A stretch of DNA of 64,000 nucleotides from Puia sp. (GTDB lineage Bacteria; Bacteroidota; Bacteroidia; Chitinophagales; Chitinophagaceae), in assembly GCA_035548895.1 (NCBI GenBank), contig DASZRP010000254.1, forward strand, positions 68-64,067, in the 5' to 3' direction. Positions 30,124 through 41,158 of this stretch are shown in pieces. The number at the start of each line of letters is the position of its first letter. The stretch's first letter is position 1. Below the pieces are notes generated by a model. That model did no database searches. It saw only the letters and a list, made by a program, of their open reading frames with translations, and was not told where the DNA came from. The position numbers were made by a program, and so were the translations under genes.

Positions 30124-31008
30124 TTATTTCAGTTTCGAAAGCTCGGTGAACAGATCCCGCTGTTTTTGCGAGAGATTCTGCGGGATCAGCACATTGAAAG
30201 TGACATAAAGATCGCCGAATGAACCTTCCTGTTTGTATACCGGGAACCCTTTCCCCTTCAGTCTCGTCTTCGTACCATTCTGCGTTTCGGGTTTTACCTT
30301 CAGCCTGATCTGGCCTTCAAGCGTGTTCACCAGCACCTCTCCGCCAAGCACGGCTGTGTAAAGATCCAGGTTCACATCGGTGTACAGATCGTTGCCCACC
30401 CGCCGGAATGCAGCATCGGGAGTAACGACAAAGGTAATATAGAGATCGCCGGCAGGGCCGCCATTGGCTCCGGGACTTCCATGACCCTTAAGCTTGATCA
30501 CCTGGCCGTCTTCCACGCCGGCCGGAATGGTGATGCGCACATTCTTACCATTCACGGTAAGTGTCTGCTGATGGGTCCTGGCCGCATCGCGGAGGGAAAG
30601 ATGAAGCTCGGCCTGGTAGTCGGAACCGCGGTATTTAGCAGAAGACCGTCTGCCTGCCCCGGCGCCAAAAAGCTGTTCGAAGAAATCGGAATATTCCCCT
30701 TCGCCAAAATCTCCGGAGAAAGGATCGTTCGCCTGTTGAGCCGAGCCCCGCTGCTGCTGGCGGGCCTGTTCGAACTGCTCGGCCTGGGCCCAGTGCTCTC
30801 CGTACTGATCGTATTTTTTTCTCTTCTCCGGATCGCTCAGCACTTCATTGGCTTCGTTGATGAGCTGAAATCTTTTATTGGCCTCTTTATCGTTCGGGTT
30901 GAGGTCGGGATGATACTTCCTCGCCAGCTTGCGGTAAGCCTTCTTGATATCGTCGGCCGAACCGGTCTTCGGCACTTCCAGGATCTTATAGTAGTCGGTA
31001 AAAGCCAT
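30124..31008 (-). CDS. cbpA: J-domain protein lacking a zinc finger (CbpA/DnaJ class II)
   Basis: [17 protein letters not shown], DnaJ_C domain; no CxxCxGxG repeats. Confidence 0.85.
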   Translation of the reverse strand: MAFTDYYKILEVPKTGSADDIKKAYRKLARKYHPDLNPNDKEANKRFQLINEANEVLSDPEKRKKYDQYGEHWAQAEQFEQARQQQRGSAQQANDPFSGDFGEGEYSDFFEQLFGAGAGRRSSAKYRGSDYQAELHLSLRDAARTHQQTLTVNGKNVRITIPAGVEDGQVIKLKGHGSPGANGGPAGDLYITFVVTPDAAFRRVGNDLYTDVNLDLYTAVLGGEVLVNTLEGQIRLKVKPETQNGTKTRLKGKGFPVYKQEGSFGDLYVTFNVLIPQNLSQKQRDLFTELSKLK

Positions 31009-31017
31009 TGCTATTTA

Positions 31018-31971
31018 TTAAACCAGCTCTTTCACAACATTCCGGATCACTTTTGGTTTTCCCAGGGTGTAATAATGCAGTACGGGTACGCCGGCTTTCT
31101 TCAGTTCCCGGCTTTGCTGGAGCAGCCATTCGGTTCCTACCTTTTCCACTTCCTCGTCGTTCCTGCATTTCATCACCGCCTCGGAAAGGTCGGACGGAAT
31201 ATCCACATGAAACACTTTGGGCAGCATGGTAAGCTGCTTGCGGCTCGTAATGGGTTTCAGCCCCGGGATCACCGGAATATCGATCCCGCTTTCCCGGCAC
31301 GATTTCACAAAATCAAAGTATTTCTGATTGTCGAAGAACATCTGTGTCGTGATATATTCTGCCCCTGCTTCCACCTTGGCCTTAAGATGCATCATATCGG
31401 TAGCCAGGTTGGGCGATTCGAAATGCTTCTCCGGGTAGCCTGCCACGCCAATGCAAAAATCGGTCTTTCCCCCGTTCTGAATATCTTCTTCGAGATAGAG
31501 GCCATGATTAAGCGCCACAACCTGTTTCAACAGGTCCAGTGCATAGCGGTTGCCCCCAGGCTCGGGATTGAAAGAAGCCTCGTTATGAGCCGCATCGCCC
31601 CGAAGCACCAGCACATTGTTGATGCCTAAAAAATGCAGGTCGATCAGCGCGTCTTCCGTTTCCCGCCTGCCGAAGCCGCCGCAGATGAGGTGCGGCACGG
31701 CATCTACCTGATAATGGTTCACGATGGCCGCGCAGATACCCACGGTACCCGGCCTTTTGCGCACTTCCACTTTCTCGAAAGTGCCGTCGGCCTTTTTCTT
31801 GAACATGGTCTCGCTGCGGTGATAGGTCACGTTGATAAATGCAGGTTTGAACTCCATCAGGGGATCGAGGTGATCGTAAATGGAGTTGATGGTCTTGCCC
31901 TTCAGCGGAGGAAGTATTTCGAAAGAAACAAGAGTTCCCTTCGCCTCCCGGATATGTTCTATAACCTTCAT
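31018..31971 (-). CDS. metF: Methylenetetrahydrofolate reductase
   Basis: SFEILPP, HLIC, LRGD, VAGYPEKH, TQMFFD, HYYTL. TAAGTTTG -7 box at 32005-32012 (minus). Confidence 0.93.
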   Translation of the reverse strand: MKVIEHIREAKGTLVSFEILPPLKGKTINSIYDHLDPLMEFKPAFINVTYHRSETMFKKKADGTFEKVEVRKRPGTVGICAAIVNHYQVDAVPHLICGGFGRRETEDALIDLHFLGINNVLVLRGDAAHNEASFNPEPGGNRYALDLLKQVVALNHGLYLEEDIQNGGKTDFCIGVAGYPEKHFESPNLATDMMHLKAKVEAGAEYITTQMFFDNQKYFDFVKSCRESGIDIPVIPGLKPITSRKQLTMLPKVFHVDIPSDLSEAVMKCRNDEEVEKVGTEWLLQQSRELKKAGVPVLHYYTLGKPKVIRNVVKELV

Positions 31972-32106
31972 CAGTATTGGCTTTCGCTCTTATTTTTCGG
32001 ATTGCAAACTTAGTTTAATCGCATTAGAACACAAGGGGTTGTTAAACTATTTTAAATTGGAACGTTTCCCTTTTCTTCTGGTATTTTTGTTCCAAATTCC
32101 ATTCGC

Positions 32107-32877
32107 TTGAGCCTGACCATCTATACCAAAGACCTCGTGAAGAGATACAGCAGCCGGACCGTGGTGGACCAGGTCTCCGTGAACGTGAAGCAGGGTGAGA
32201 TCGTTGGCCTGCTGGGCCCGAACGGCGCAGGCAAAACCACCACGTTCTATATGGTGGTGGGACTGATCAAACCCGATGAAGGCGAAGTATTTCTGAACGA
32301 GGAAGATATTACCCGACTGCCCATGTACAAGCGGGCGCAGCTCGGGCTGGGCTATCTGCCGCAGGAGGCTTCGGTGTTCCGGAAGCTTTCCGTGGAAGAC
32401 AACCTGAAGGCCATCCTCGAAATGACCAAACTCACCCGCCAGGAGCAGCGCGACAAGCTGGAATCCCTGCTCGATGAATTCCGCCTGCACCATGTGCGCA
32501 AGAATAACGGCGACTCCCTGAGCGGCGGCGAGCGCCGGCGTACTGAAATCGCCCGCGCCCTGGTGGTCGACCCCAAATTCATTCTACTGGATGAACCGTT
32601 CGCCGGGGTAGATCCCATTGCGGTGGAAGACATCCAGGCCGTGGTGGCCCGCCTGAAATACAAGAATATCGGCGTGCTGATCACCGACCATAACGTAAAC
32701 GAAACCCTCTCCATCTGCGACCGCGCCTACCTGCTGATCGAAGGCAAGATCTTCAAGCACGGGACTGCCGAAGAGCTGGCGGCCGATGAACAGGTTCGCC
32801 GTCTTTACCTGGGCCGCAATTTCGAATTGAAACGAAAAGACTATCTTCACGAAGAAGCGTCCAGACCCGTTATCTGA
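32107..32877 (+). CDS. lptB: LPS export ABC transporter ATP-binding protein
   Basis: [50 protein letters not shown] start; -7 box at 32082-32089. Confidence 0.95.
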   Translation: MSLTIYTKDLVKRYSSRTVVDQVSVNVKQGEIVGLLGPNGAGKTTTFYMVVGLIKPDEGEVFLNEEDITRLPMYKRAQLGLGYLPQEASVFRKLSVEDNLKAILEMTKLTRQEQRDKLESLLDEFRLHHVRKNNGDSLSGGERRRTEIARALVVDPKFILLDEPFAGVDPIAVEDIQAVVARLKYKNIGVLITDHNVNETLSICDRAYLLIEGKIFKHGTAEELAADEQVRRLYLGRNFELKRKDYLHEEASRPVI

Positions 32878-32913
32878 GACCTTCCCCACAACCACTAAAA
32901 TTTTTGTTCCGCA

Positions 32914-34434
32914 GTGAAATTGCTTAGCCCGGCCATATCACGCCTGGCCAGAATGCGTCTCTGGCAGATCGAGCGCTGGGTGCTTGAGCCCGTCGCCGTT
33001 CAGCGGGAAGTGCTGCAGGACCTGGTCACTTCTGCCCAGTACACGGAATTCGGACGCAAATACGGATTCTCGAAACTCTTTTCAGCCAAAGCCTTCAAGG
33101 AAGCCGTTCCCATTCACGAATACAACGACCTGAAACCTTATTTCCAGCGCATCATGCAGGGAGAAGAGAACCTGCTCTGGAATACGCCCATCAACTGGTT
33201 CGCCAAGAGCAGCGGCACCACCAGCGATAAGAGCAAGTTTATCCCCGTGAGTGAAGAAAGCCTCCAGGACTGCCACTACCGCGGCGCCAAGGACGTGCTG
33301 ACCATGTACTACCAGTTTCATCCCGACTCCGACCTGCTCACGGGCAAAGGCCTGGTGATCGGGGGAAGTCATACCATTAACCAGTTCAACGAAGAAGTGC
33401 AATACGGCGACCTGAGCGCCGTGCTGCTGCAGAATTCACCGCTCTGGAGCAACTGGATACGCACGCCCGACCTGCATATTGCGCTGCTTGACGAATGGGA
33501 GGAGAAGATCGAAAAGCTGGCCCGGAATACCAGACCCGAGAACGTGACCTCCATGTCCGGAGTGCCCACCTGGACGCTCGTGCTCATCAAGCGGATCCTC
33601 GATATCACCGGCAAGAGCTGCCTGCTCGATGTATGGCCCTCCCTCGAACTATATATTCACGGCGGCGTTTCGTTTACCCCCTACCGTGAACAATTCGAAA
33701 GACTGATCGGGGCCGGCATCAACTACCTCGAAATGTATAACGCCAGCGAAGGATTCTTTGCGGCGCAGGACTATCCCGGGGGAGACGGCATGCTGCTCTT
33801 CACTAACCATGGCATTTTTATGGAATTCATGCCGGCGGAAGAGTATGGGAAATCAGACCCGCAGACCGTAGGCCTTAACAAAGTCATTATCGGAAAAAAC
33901 TATGCGCCGGTGATCAGCACCAACGGCGGCCTCTGGCGTTACCTGCTCGGCGACACCATTCAGTTCACTTCCCTCAGGCCCTACCGCATCCGTGTGAGCG
34001 GCCGCCTCAAGCATTATATCAATGCCTTCGGCGAAGAGCTGATCGTAGACAATGCCGACAAGGCCATCGTAAAAGCCGCGGATAAAACAGACGCGATTGT
34101 GAATGATTACACGGCTGCACCGGTTTATTTCGGCGATCATAGCAACGGCGCACACGAGTGGCTGATCGAATTCGAAAAAGAACCGGCTTCACTGGCGGCT
34201 TTTGCCCAGGAGCTCGATAAAGCCCTGAAGGAGCTCAACAGCGACTACGAGGCAAAACGGTATAAAGATATTGCCCTGCGTTCCCCGATTATCAAATCAC
34301 TGCCCAAAGGATTATTCACGAACTGGCTTCGCAGCAAGGGCAAGCTTGGCGGCCAGCATAAAGTACCACGGCTCAGCAACGACCGGAAATACGTGGATGA
34401 GATCCATGAACTGCTCAACGCAGCTGCGCGCTGA
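32914..34434 (+). CDS. GH3 auxin-responsive promoter family protein (acyl-adenylate-forming amido synthetase fold)
   Basis: SSGTT, YNASEG, GLWRYLLGD, GQHKVPRL. Confidence 0.9.
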   Translation: MKLLSPAISRLARMRLWQIERWVLEPVAVQREVLQDLVTSAQYTEFGRKYGFSKLFSAKAFKEAVPIHEYNDLKPYFQRIMQGEENLLWNTPINWFAKSSGTTSDKSKFIPVSEESLQDCHYRGAKDVLTMYYQFHPDSDLLTGKGLVIGGSHTINQFNEEVQYGDLSAVLLQNSPLWSNWIRTPDLHIALLDEWEEKIEKLARNTRPENVTSMSGVPTWTLVLIKRILDITGKSCLLDVWPSLELYIHGGVSFTPYREQFERLIGAGINYLEMYNASEGFFAAQDYPGGDGMLLFTNHGIFMEFMPAEEYGKSDPQTVGLNKVIIGKNYAPVISTNGGLWRYLLGDTIQFTSLRPYRIRVSGRLKHYINAFGEELIVDNADKAIVKAADKTDAIVNDYTAAPVYFGDHSNGAHEWLIEFEKEPASLAAFAQELDKALKELNSDYEAKRYKDIALRSPIIKSLPKGLFTNWLRSKGKLGGQHKVPRLSNDRKYVDEIHELLNAAAR

Positions 34435-35653
34435 CCTTATCTGCGGTACCCGCCATGCCGGCAATCGCCAGGCTCACAAAAGAAGCAGTATAGAACAGGT
34501 ACCCGTAGGGCACGTCGATGAATTGAAAGAAGACGAGCAGGCTTAGCTTTAAAGTAGCTAAAGAAATATTGTTGAACCGGAAAGTCTTCCGCAGGCAAAG
34601 CAGCGCGAAGGCTAACGGGATCAGAAAACTGCCATCAACCAGCGCCTGGTGAAGTTGCACCGTACGATGGGGACCGAAGAACTTCGCGAGACCGGGATTC
34701 AGCCAGAACACTTCGGGCGTGTCGTGCCATACCCGGGAAGCAAAAGCGATATAGTCGCCCGGCAGATGAATCAATTGCTGAACCGGTATGGTTCCAAACG
34801 GGATCAGAAAAAAAAGAAGGAAACAACCAATGCCGATTGCCGAAAACAGGAAGGCCTGTTTATATCGTTTCCGTGTAAGCAGGATGAGCAGAAAAGGCAA
34901 TACCCAGCCGATCATGCAGTAGCGGCTCAGCAGGCAAAGCGAAGCGCTGACGGCAATGAAATAAATATTTCCCGATGCGATGGCAAAGCAAAGCATCACG
35001 TGAAAAAGGATCACGGGCCCTTCTTCGCTCAGGGTAATCACTCCATGAATATCATTGCGCGCGAAAATCCACCAGAAAAGCAGAGCGGAAACGGCAATTG
35101 TCAGCCACCCGTAAAGATTGCGTTTCGTCAGTCGCAGGAAAAAGAGAAAAGCGCTAAAGCAGCTCAGTAAACAGGCGACCGTGATCCATCGCATATCGAA
35201 TCCGAAATGTACGGCAGACAGGTAGGGCAGCCACATGGCCGGAAGATAGCCGGGATGTGTACCATTCCATATTTCAGAAATTGGATCATAAACCTGTTTC
35301 CAGTGCCCGCTTAAAAAACGTTCATTCATCACCCGGATTACCGGTAACATATCAGCGTAATCCGTATCGATCGGAATTTCTTCCAGCCAGTATCGGGCAG
35401 TGACCCAGGCTAACAATACCATTAACAGGGCAAGCGCCCATTTCACCCGAATGCCAAAGGGATCGGACACGCTCCGAATATTTAGCCGGATCTCCGGCAG
35501 CCAGAGCAGGGCGACGATAAAACCCATTCCGGCCATCAGGTAAAGCACCGATGCAATTCCCGCGTTCGATCCCAGCAGCAATCCATAGCTGCCGAAAAAT
35601 GTTTCCGCCGCGAAACATATCCATAAGAGTTTCTTTGGAACTTTGCCGTCCAT
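34415..35653 (-). CDS. Multi-pass membrane protein, possibly a GT-C (GT87/DUF2029-like) glycosyltransferase
   Basis: About 10 TM segments and an extracytoplasmic loop with ADMLP and YLPAMWLPY. Family assignment is tentative. Confidence 0.6.
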   Translation of the reverse strand: MDGKVPKKLLWICFAAETFFGSYGLLLGSNAGIASVLYLMAGMGFIVALLWLPEIRLNIRSVSDPFGIRVKWALALLMVLLAWVTARYWLEEIPIDTDYADMLPVIRVMNERFLSGHWKQVYDPISEIWNGTHPGYLPAMWLPYLSAVHFGFDMRWITVACLLSCFSAFLFFLRLTKRNLYGWLTIAVSALLFWWIFARNDIHGVITLSEEGPVILFHVMLCFAIASGNIYFIAVSASLCLLSRYCMIGWVLPFLLILLTRKRYKQAFLFSAIGIGCFLLFFLIPFGTIPVQQLIHLPGDYIAFASRVWHDTPEVFWLNPGLAKFFGPHRTVQLHQALVDGSFLIPLAFALLCLRKTFRFNNISLATLKLSLLVFFQFIDVPYGYLFYTASFVSLAIAGMAGTADKVSAQLR

Positions 35654-35736
35654 GCAAATGAAAATGGTTAAATTAATGTTTTTTGTTCAGAGGCAACCGA
35701 CGAGTTTATATATTTGACAATCATTAAGGCACCCGC

Positions 35737-36486
35737 ATGAAACTATTAGAAGGCAAAACCGCGATCATTACCGGAGCATCCCGGGGAATCGGAGAAGCCA
35801 TTGCCCTGAAGCTCGCTGCTCACGGCGCGCAGATCGCGTTTACCTTTCTCTCCAGCGAAGAAAAAGCAAAAGCTTTAGAAGAAAAACTGAAAATCCTTGG
35901 CGTAAAAGCCAAAGGCTATAAAAGCGATGCCGGCTCCTATGAAGCCTGCGAGCAGTTCGTGAATGAAGTGGTGAAGGAATTCGGGACGGTAGACATCTGC
36001 GTGAACAATGCCGGTATTTCAAAAGACAATCTCCTGCTTCGCCTCAGTCCCGAACAATGGGACGAAGTGATGAACACAAACCTCAAGAGCGTGTACAATA
36101 TGACCAAACAGGTGATCCGCCCCATGATGAAGGCAAAGAAGGGCTCGATCATCAATATGAGCTCCATCATCGGCCTGCGCGGCAATGCGGGGCAGTCCAG
36201 TTATGCCGCCTCCAAAGCCGGCATCATCGGGTTCACCAAATCGATCGCCCATGAGCTCGGCAGCCGCAACGTTCGCTGCAATGCCATTGCGCCGGGTTTC
36301 ATCGAGACCGACATGACGCATTATCTCAAAGACGAAGAAGGATCCAAATCTTTTCTCGCAAAAATTCCTATGGGCCGGTTCGGTAGCGCAGAGGAAATTG
36401 CAGATACTGCGCTTTTCCTTGCTTCGGACCTCAGCAGCTATGTCACCGGGCAGGTGATCAGCGTTTGCGGCGGTCTGAACATCTGA
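35737..36486 (+). CDS. fabG: 3-oxoacyl-[ACP] reductase
   Basis: [26 protein letters not shown]. -7 box at 35709-35716. Confidence 0.93.
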   Translation: MKLLEGKTAIITGASRGIGEAIALKLAAHGAQIAFTFLSSEEKAKALEEKLKILGVKAKGYKSDAGSYEACEQFVNEVVKEFGTVDICVNNAGISKDNLLLRLSPEQWDEVMNTNLKSVYNMTKQVIRPMMKAKKGSIINMSSIIGLRGNAGQSSYAASKAGIIGFTKSIAHELGSRNVRCNAIAPGFIETDMTHYLKDEEGSKSFLAKIPMGRFGSAEEIADTALFLASDLSSYVTGQVISVCGGLNI

Positions 36487-36532
36487 GCAGCCGGTTCAAC
36501 AGAAACAAAATTCTTTAAGCGTTAAATCCGGG

Positions 36533-37180
36533 ATGATGATCACGATAAACAAACTGCTGCACGACAACAAAACCTGGGCAAACGAAAAGACGGAAGCCGA
36601 TCCTGAATACTTTGAACGCCTTTCCAAACTGCAGACACCGGAGTTTCTCTGGATCGGTTGTAGCGACAGCCGCGTTCCCGCCAACGAAATCACGGGTACG
36701 CAGCCCGGGGAGATATTTGTCCACCGCAATATCGCCAACCTTGTCATTCATACGGATGTCAACCTGCTCAGCGTACTGGAATTTGCCGTGGTGCATCTGA
36801 AGGTAAACCATGTGATCGTTTGCGGCCATTACGGCTGCGGCGGCATCCGTGCAGCGATGACGAACCACGACTTCAAACAGGTGCTGAACATGTGGCTGAG
36901 AAATATTAAGGATGTTTACCGCCTGCATCGACAGGAAATCGAAGCCATTGCCGATCCGAAGAAAAGAGAAGACCGCCTTGTTGAGTTAAATGTGCAGGAA
37001 CAGGTGCAGCACCTGGCAAAGACTTCCATCATCCAGAGAGCCTGGCAGTACCGCCAGGGGCCACATCTGCACGGATGGGTGTATGGCCTGCAGGATGGCC
37101 TCCTGCACCAGGTATTTTACATGGCGCCCAACACGCCGGTAGACGATCTTTATCGTTACCATGACCTGAAGCCGGAATAA
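36533..37180 (+). CDS. can: Beta-class carbonic anhydrase
   Basis: [22 protein letters not shown]. Confidence 0.93.
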   Translation: MMITINKLLHDNKTWANEKTEADPEYFERLSKLQTPEFLWIGCSDSRVPANEITGTQPGEIFVHRNIANLVIHTDVNLLSVLEFAVVHLKVNHVIVCGHYGCGGIRAAMTNHDFKQVLNMWLRNIKDVYRLHRQEIEAIADPKKREDRLVELNVQEQVQHLAKTSIIQRAWQYRQGPHLHGWVYGLQDGLLHQVFYMAPNTPVDDLYRYHDLKPE

Positions 37181-37207
37181 GCATCGGCAAAGAAGAAGTT
37201 CGGATTT

Positions 37208-37978
37208 TCAGACTTTAGCGCTCACTTTCCTGATCGCTGCCTGGGCTACGGCGCCAAGCACCAGCCTTCCGCTGATCTTCGCACGCTCGGCAAGCAGATG
37301 ATCCCAATGATTCGTGCCTTCCCAGAATACTTTTTTCATTTCATGCATGGCTTCCGCACTGGAGTGAACCAGATGGTCGGCAAGCCTGGCTATGGATTCA
37401 TCCATCAGTTCCGCGTTGGTATGCACTTCAGCGTAAAGTCCGCGTGATTTGGCCCATTCTGCTGTTCGCCAGGAAGAAGCGTCGATGGCTAATTGCGAAA
37501 AAGCGGAGTGGCCGATCTTGCGCTCCACGGGGGGCCCGATCACGAAAGGGCCAATACCTAATGAGAGTTCGCTGAGCCTTACTTCTGCACCGGTTAAAGC
37601 AATAGCATAGTCGGAAGCAGCAATGAGCCCAAGCCCTCCGCCAACAGCCTTGCCCTGCACCCGGCAGATAATAAACTTGGGGCATTTTCGCATGCTGTTG
37701 ATGACATGCGCAAAACCGCTGAAGAAATCCTCCCCTTCCTGCGCGGTTTGTATGCGTGATAATTCCGCGAAGGAAGCGCCTCCGCAGAAAGCCCGGTCGC
37801 CTGCCGAACGAAGCAGGATCAGCTTCACTTCATCGTCCAGCCCGGCACTATGGATCTGCGTAGCCAGTTCGCTCAGCAGATCCCCCGGAAGGGAATTGCT
37901 TTGCGGGCTATAAAATTCGATGGTCATGGACAGTCCATGACGCTCCGTTCTTACATAGCCCTGTTGATTTCCGCTCAT
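37208..37978 (-). CDS. Enoyl-CoA hydratase/isomerase family protein
   Basis: AFCGGA, GKAVGGG, LSE..LGI crotonase motifs. ATGA overlap with paaZ. Confidence 0.88.
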   Translation of the reverse strand: MSGNQQGYVRTERHGLSMTIEFYSPQSNSLPGDLLSELATQIHSAGLDDEVKLILLRSAGDRAFCGGASFAELSRIQTAQEGEDFFSGFAHVINSMRKCPKFIICRVQGKAVGGGLGLIAASDYAIALTGAEVRLSELSLGIGPFVIGPPVERKIGHSAFSQLAIDASSWRTAEWAKSRGLYAEVHTNAELMDESIARLADHLVHSSAEAMHEMKKVFWEGTNHWDHLLAERAKISGRLVLGAVAQAAIRKVSAKV

Positions 37979-40023
37979 ATCGCTTGCTTTTTTCTAACCA
38001 TCGTGAGGATCATGGCAATCATCGCCGATTCGCCGGTTTCGTCGTAAGCGTCCACCTGCCATTTCACAATGCCCTTGGGGATCGTATCTCCTCCCTTCAA
38101 CTCCTGGTCTATCTTCTCCTTGCAGGTTAGCCTCACCCCAATCGTCGCCCCGGGATATACCGGCTTTACAAAACGGCATTCTTCAATGCCGTAGTTCAGC
38201 AATACCGGTCCTTTGGCGGCATCGACGAACAATCCCGCGGCCGCGCTTAAGATAAAATAACCATGCGCTACCGGTCTTTCAAAAATGGTGCCTTCCAAAG
38301 CTGTCGCATCCGTATGCGCATAGAAATGGTCCCAGCTCAGGTTGGCAAACTGCGCGATATCCGATTCCGTGATCGTGCGCTTATGCGTCACCACCGTATC
38401 GCCGATCTGCAGCTCTTCGAAATATTTCCTGAAAGGATGCTGCTCACTGATGATCTGCTCCGCGTTGGGCTGGTAGACTTCCGTGATCGTCGTAATGCTG
38501 GTAGGCGAACCCTGTATGGCCACCCGTTGCATATAATGCTTCACGCCGCGCACACCACCCATCTCCTCTCCGCCGCCTGCGCGGCCCGGACCGCCATGCA
38601 CCAGCATGGGCAAGGGTGAACCATGTCCCGTGCTTTCCTTTGCACAGTCACGATTAAGTACGAGTATCCGGCCATGATACGTTGCAGCGCCCAGCACATA
38701 TTGTTTCGCGATGCGATCGTCGCCTGTTACAATCGTACTGCAGAGCGATCCCCTTCCCTTCTTCGACAGGGCAATCGCTTCTTCTGTCGTTTTATAGGGC
38801 ATCAGCGTGCTCACGGGACCAAAGGCTTCGATGCTGTGCGAGGCTTCGCCGGAAAAGGGTTTCTCGTTCAGCAAAAGGAGAGGACTGATGAACGCGCCAT
38901 TCGCCGCATCGGCATCGACAACTTCCACGCTGTCTAACGAGCCATAGATCAGTTGCGATGAGGCCAGCAATTGCTGCACCTGCGTCCGCACTTCCTTTCG
39001 CTGATCCTGACCAGCCAATGAGCCCATGCGCACTTTTTCATTCGCAGGATTGCCGATCACTGTTTGCGCTAATGCTTTCCCGATCGCTTTTCCCATCTCT
39101 TCAATCCGGTTCTCCGGAACAAAGATCCTGCGTATCGCCGTGCATTTCTGCCCCGCTTTCACAGTCATTTCCTTTCTCACTTCTTTGACGAAAATATCCC
39201 ATTCGGGATCCGACGGACTTACATCCGCTCCCAGCACAATGCAGTTCAGCGAATCGGCTTCCATGGTAAAGGAAACATTCTCGCGTAAAATATGGGGATT
39301 GGATTTGAGCTTAAGTCCTGTGGACGCCGAACCGGTAAAAGTCACTGTATCCTGCGCGGTGAGCAGATCGAGCAGGTTGCCTGTGCTGCCGCAAATAAGT
39401 TGCAAAGCGCCTGCAGGCAGAATGCCGGATGCATGAATTTCCCGCACCACGGCTTCCGTAAGAAAAGACGTAACCGTTGCAGGCTTCACAATCGCGGGCA
39501 CTCCCGCCAGCAGGTTCACCGCGATCTTTTCCAGCATGCCCCAGACAGGAAAATTATAAGCGTTGATATGAATGGCCACGCCTTCTTTCGGCACCAGCAG
39601 GTGATGGCCCATGAAGCTGTTCTGTTTGCTCAAATTCACCGGTTCTCCATCGGTGCAATAAGGCAGGTCGGGAAATTTTCTCCGGAGCGCGGCATAGGAA
39701 AAGAGATTGCCGATACCGCCTTCAATATCGATCCAGCTGTCGGCCTTCGTAGCGCCCGTCTGATAGCTGAGCTGATAAAATTTTTCGAGATGCTGTTGCA
39801 GGTGGAGAGCTAACGCTTTGAGCATGCGCCCTCTTTCGTGGAAGCTCATGCTGCGCAGAGCGGGATTGCCCTTGAGGCGCGCATAATCGAGCATTTCCTG
39901 AAAATCGATGCCGCCACTACCGGCCTCGTATAAGGGCTTTCCGGTAACGGCGTCAAAGAGTGTCTGCGTTGCTCCGGTTCCTTCCACCCATCTGCCTGCA
40001 ATATAATTTCCAAGCTTTTTCAT
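37975..40023 (-). CDS. paaZ: Phenylacetate degradation bifunctional protein PaaZ
   Basis: Aldehyde dehydrogenase domain (INAYNFP, FTGS, EADS, GQKCT, EAFGP) plus C-terminal MaoC domain (D.FYAH, AHGYF). Confidence 0.93.
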   Translation of the reverse strand: MKKLGNYIAGRWVEGTGATQTLFDAVTGKPLYEAGSGGIDFQEMLDYARLKGNPALRSMSFHERGRMLKALALHLQQHLEKFYQLSYQTGATKADSWIDIEGGIGNLFSYAALRRKFPDLPYCTDGEPVNLSKQNSFMGHHLLVPKEGVAIHINAYNFPVWGMLEKIAVNLLAGVPAIVKPATVTSFLTEAVVREIHASGILPAGALQLICGSTGNLLDLLTAQDTVTFTGSASTGLKLKSNPHILRENVSFTMEADSLNCIVLGADVSPSDPEWDIFVKEVRKEMTVKAGQKCTAIRRIFVPENRIEEMGKAIGKALAQTVIGNPANEKVRMGSLAGQDQRKEVRTQVQQLLASSQLIYGSLDSVEVVDADAANGAFISPLLLLNEKPFSGEASHSIEAFGPVSTLMPYKTTEEAIALSKKGRGSLCSTIVTGDDRIAKQYVLGAATYHGRILVLNRDCAKESTGHGSPLPMLVHGGPGRAGGGEEMGGVRGVKHYMQRVAIQGSPTSITTITEVYQPNAEQIISEQHPFRKYFEELQIGDTVVTHKRTITESDIAQFANLSWDHFYAHTDATALEGTIFERPVAHGYFILSAAAGLFVDAAKGPVLLNYGIEECRFVKPVYPGATIGVRLTCKEKIDQELKGGDTIPKGIVKWQVDAYDETGESAMIAMILTMVRKKQAI

Positions 40024-40048
40024 CCTGATTCAGATTGTCCGGATGGCG

Positions 40049-40087
40049 TCGGTTCAGTAGTGCAGTTTTCAGGTTACGGATGAACCG
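40049..40087 (-). repeat. Small palindromic repeat, family 2, copy after the DHS-like gene stop
   Basis: Minus strand reads CGGTTCATCCGT-AACCTG-AAAACTGCACT-A-CTGAACCGA, starting 2 nt after TAA. Confidence 0.65.
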
Positions 40088-40089
40088 TA

Positions 40090-41064
40090 TTACCAGCCGA
40101 GTATCCAGGCAAAGATAAGCGGGGCGACGATGGTCGCGTCGCTTTCCACAATGTATTTAGGCGTATGGATATCCAGCTTGCCCCAGGTGATCTTTTCGTT
40201 GGGCACCGCGCCGGAATAAGAGCCATACGAAGTGGTAGAATCCGAGATCTGGCAGAAATAGCTCCAGAACGGCACATCATGCCATTCCAGGTCCTGGTAC
40301 ATCATGGGCACCACGCAAATGGGGAAATCGCCCGCAATGCCTCCGCCGATCTGGAAGAAACCGACGCCCTTGCCTCCTGAATTCCTGCGGTACCAGTCGC
40401 TCAACCAGACCATGTACTCGATACCGCTCTTCATGGTGGTGGGCTTCAATTCTCCCTTAACGATATAAGAAGCGAAAATATTTCCCATGGTGCTGTCTTC
40501 CCATCCGCCAACCACGATGGGCAGGTTCTTCTCCGCGGCGGCGATCATCCAGCTGTCCTTCACATCGATCTCATAGCCCGGCTTCATCACTTCGCTAAGC
40601 AGCAGCTTGTACATGAATTCGTGCGGGAAATACCGCTCGCCTTTCTGATCGGCATCCTTCCAGAGCTTTACGATATGCTGCTGGATCTTGCGAAATGCTT
40701 CTTCTTCCGGGATGCAGGTGTCCGTTACCCGGTTCAACCCTTTCTCTAACAACTCCCATTCCTGCTGCGGCGTAAGATCGCGATAGTGCGGCACTCTTTT
40801 ATAGTGGGTATGCGCCACGAGGTTCATGATATCTTCTTCGAGGTTGGCGCCCGTACAGGAGATGATATGTACTTTATCCTGGCGGATCATCTCCGCCAGC
40901 GACACGCCCAGCTCCGCCGTGCTCATGGCCCCGGCCAGGGTGACCATCATTTTTCCGCCTTCAGCTAAGTGCTGCTCATAGCCTTTGGCTGCATCCACAA
41001 GCGCTGCTGCATTGAAATGTCTGTAATGATGCTCGACAAACTGGGATACTGGTCCTTTTTTCAT
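40090..41064 (-). CDS. Deoxyhypusine synthase family protein (probably polyamine/homospermidine synthesis)
   Basis: TGANLEED, NRVTD, IGGG, SYSGA.PNEKITWGK with the conserved Lys, SDAT. Start ATG 41064; -7 box at 41083-41090. Confidence 0.88.
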   Translation of the reverse strand: MKKGPVSQFVEHHYRHFNAAALVDAAKGYEQHLAEGGKMMVTLAGAMSTAELGVSLAEMIRQDKVHIISCTGANLEEDIMNLVAHTHYKRVPHYRDLTPQQEWELLEKGLNRVTDTCIPEEEAFRKIQQHIVKLWKDADQKGERYFPHEFMYKLLLSEVMKPGYEIDVKDSWMIAAAEKNLPIVVGGWEDSTMGNIFASYIVKGELKPTTMKSGIEYMVWLSDWYRRNSGGKGVGFFQIGGGIAGDFPICVVPMMYQDLEWHDVPFWSYFCQISDSTTSYGSYSGAVPNEKITWGKLDIHTPKYIVESDATIVAPLIFAWILGW

Positions 41065-41158
41065 GTGCTGTTGATTGGACCGCAAAAATAATTTTTTTTG
41101 ACCCCTTCTTCAAAATAATCCGGCAAGCCGGGAAATGTTAATTTTATAAAAATCATTT

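Noticed and set aside
30481-31629. 382-aa plus-strand ORF
   Set aside because: Antisense to cbpA and metF, both well supported.
31972-32106. SAM or cobalamin riboswitch upstream of metF
   Set aside because: The -7 box is about 33 nt from the ATG, leaving no room, and no aptamer motifs were seen.
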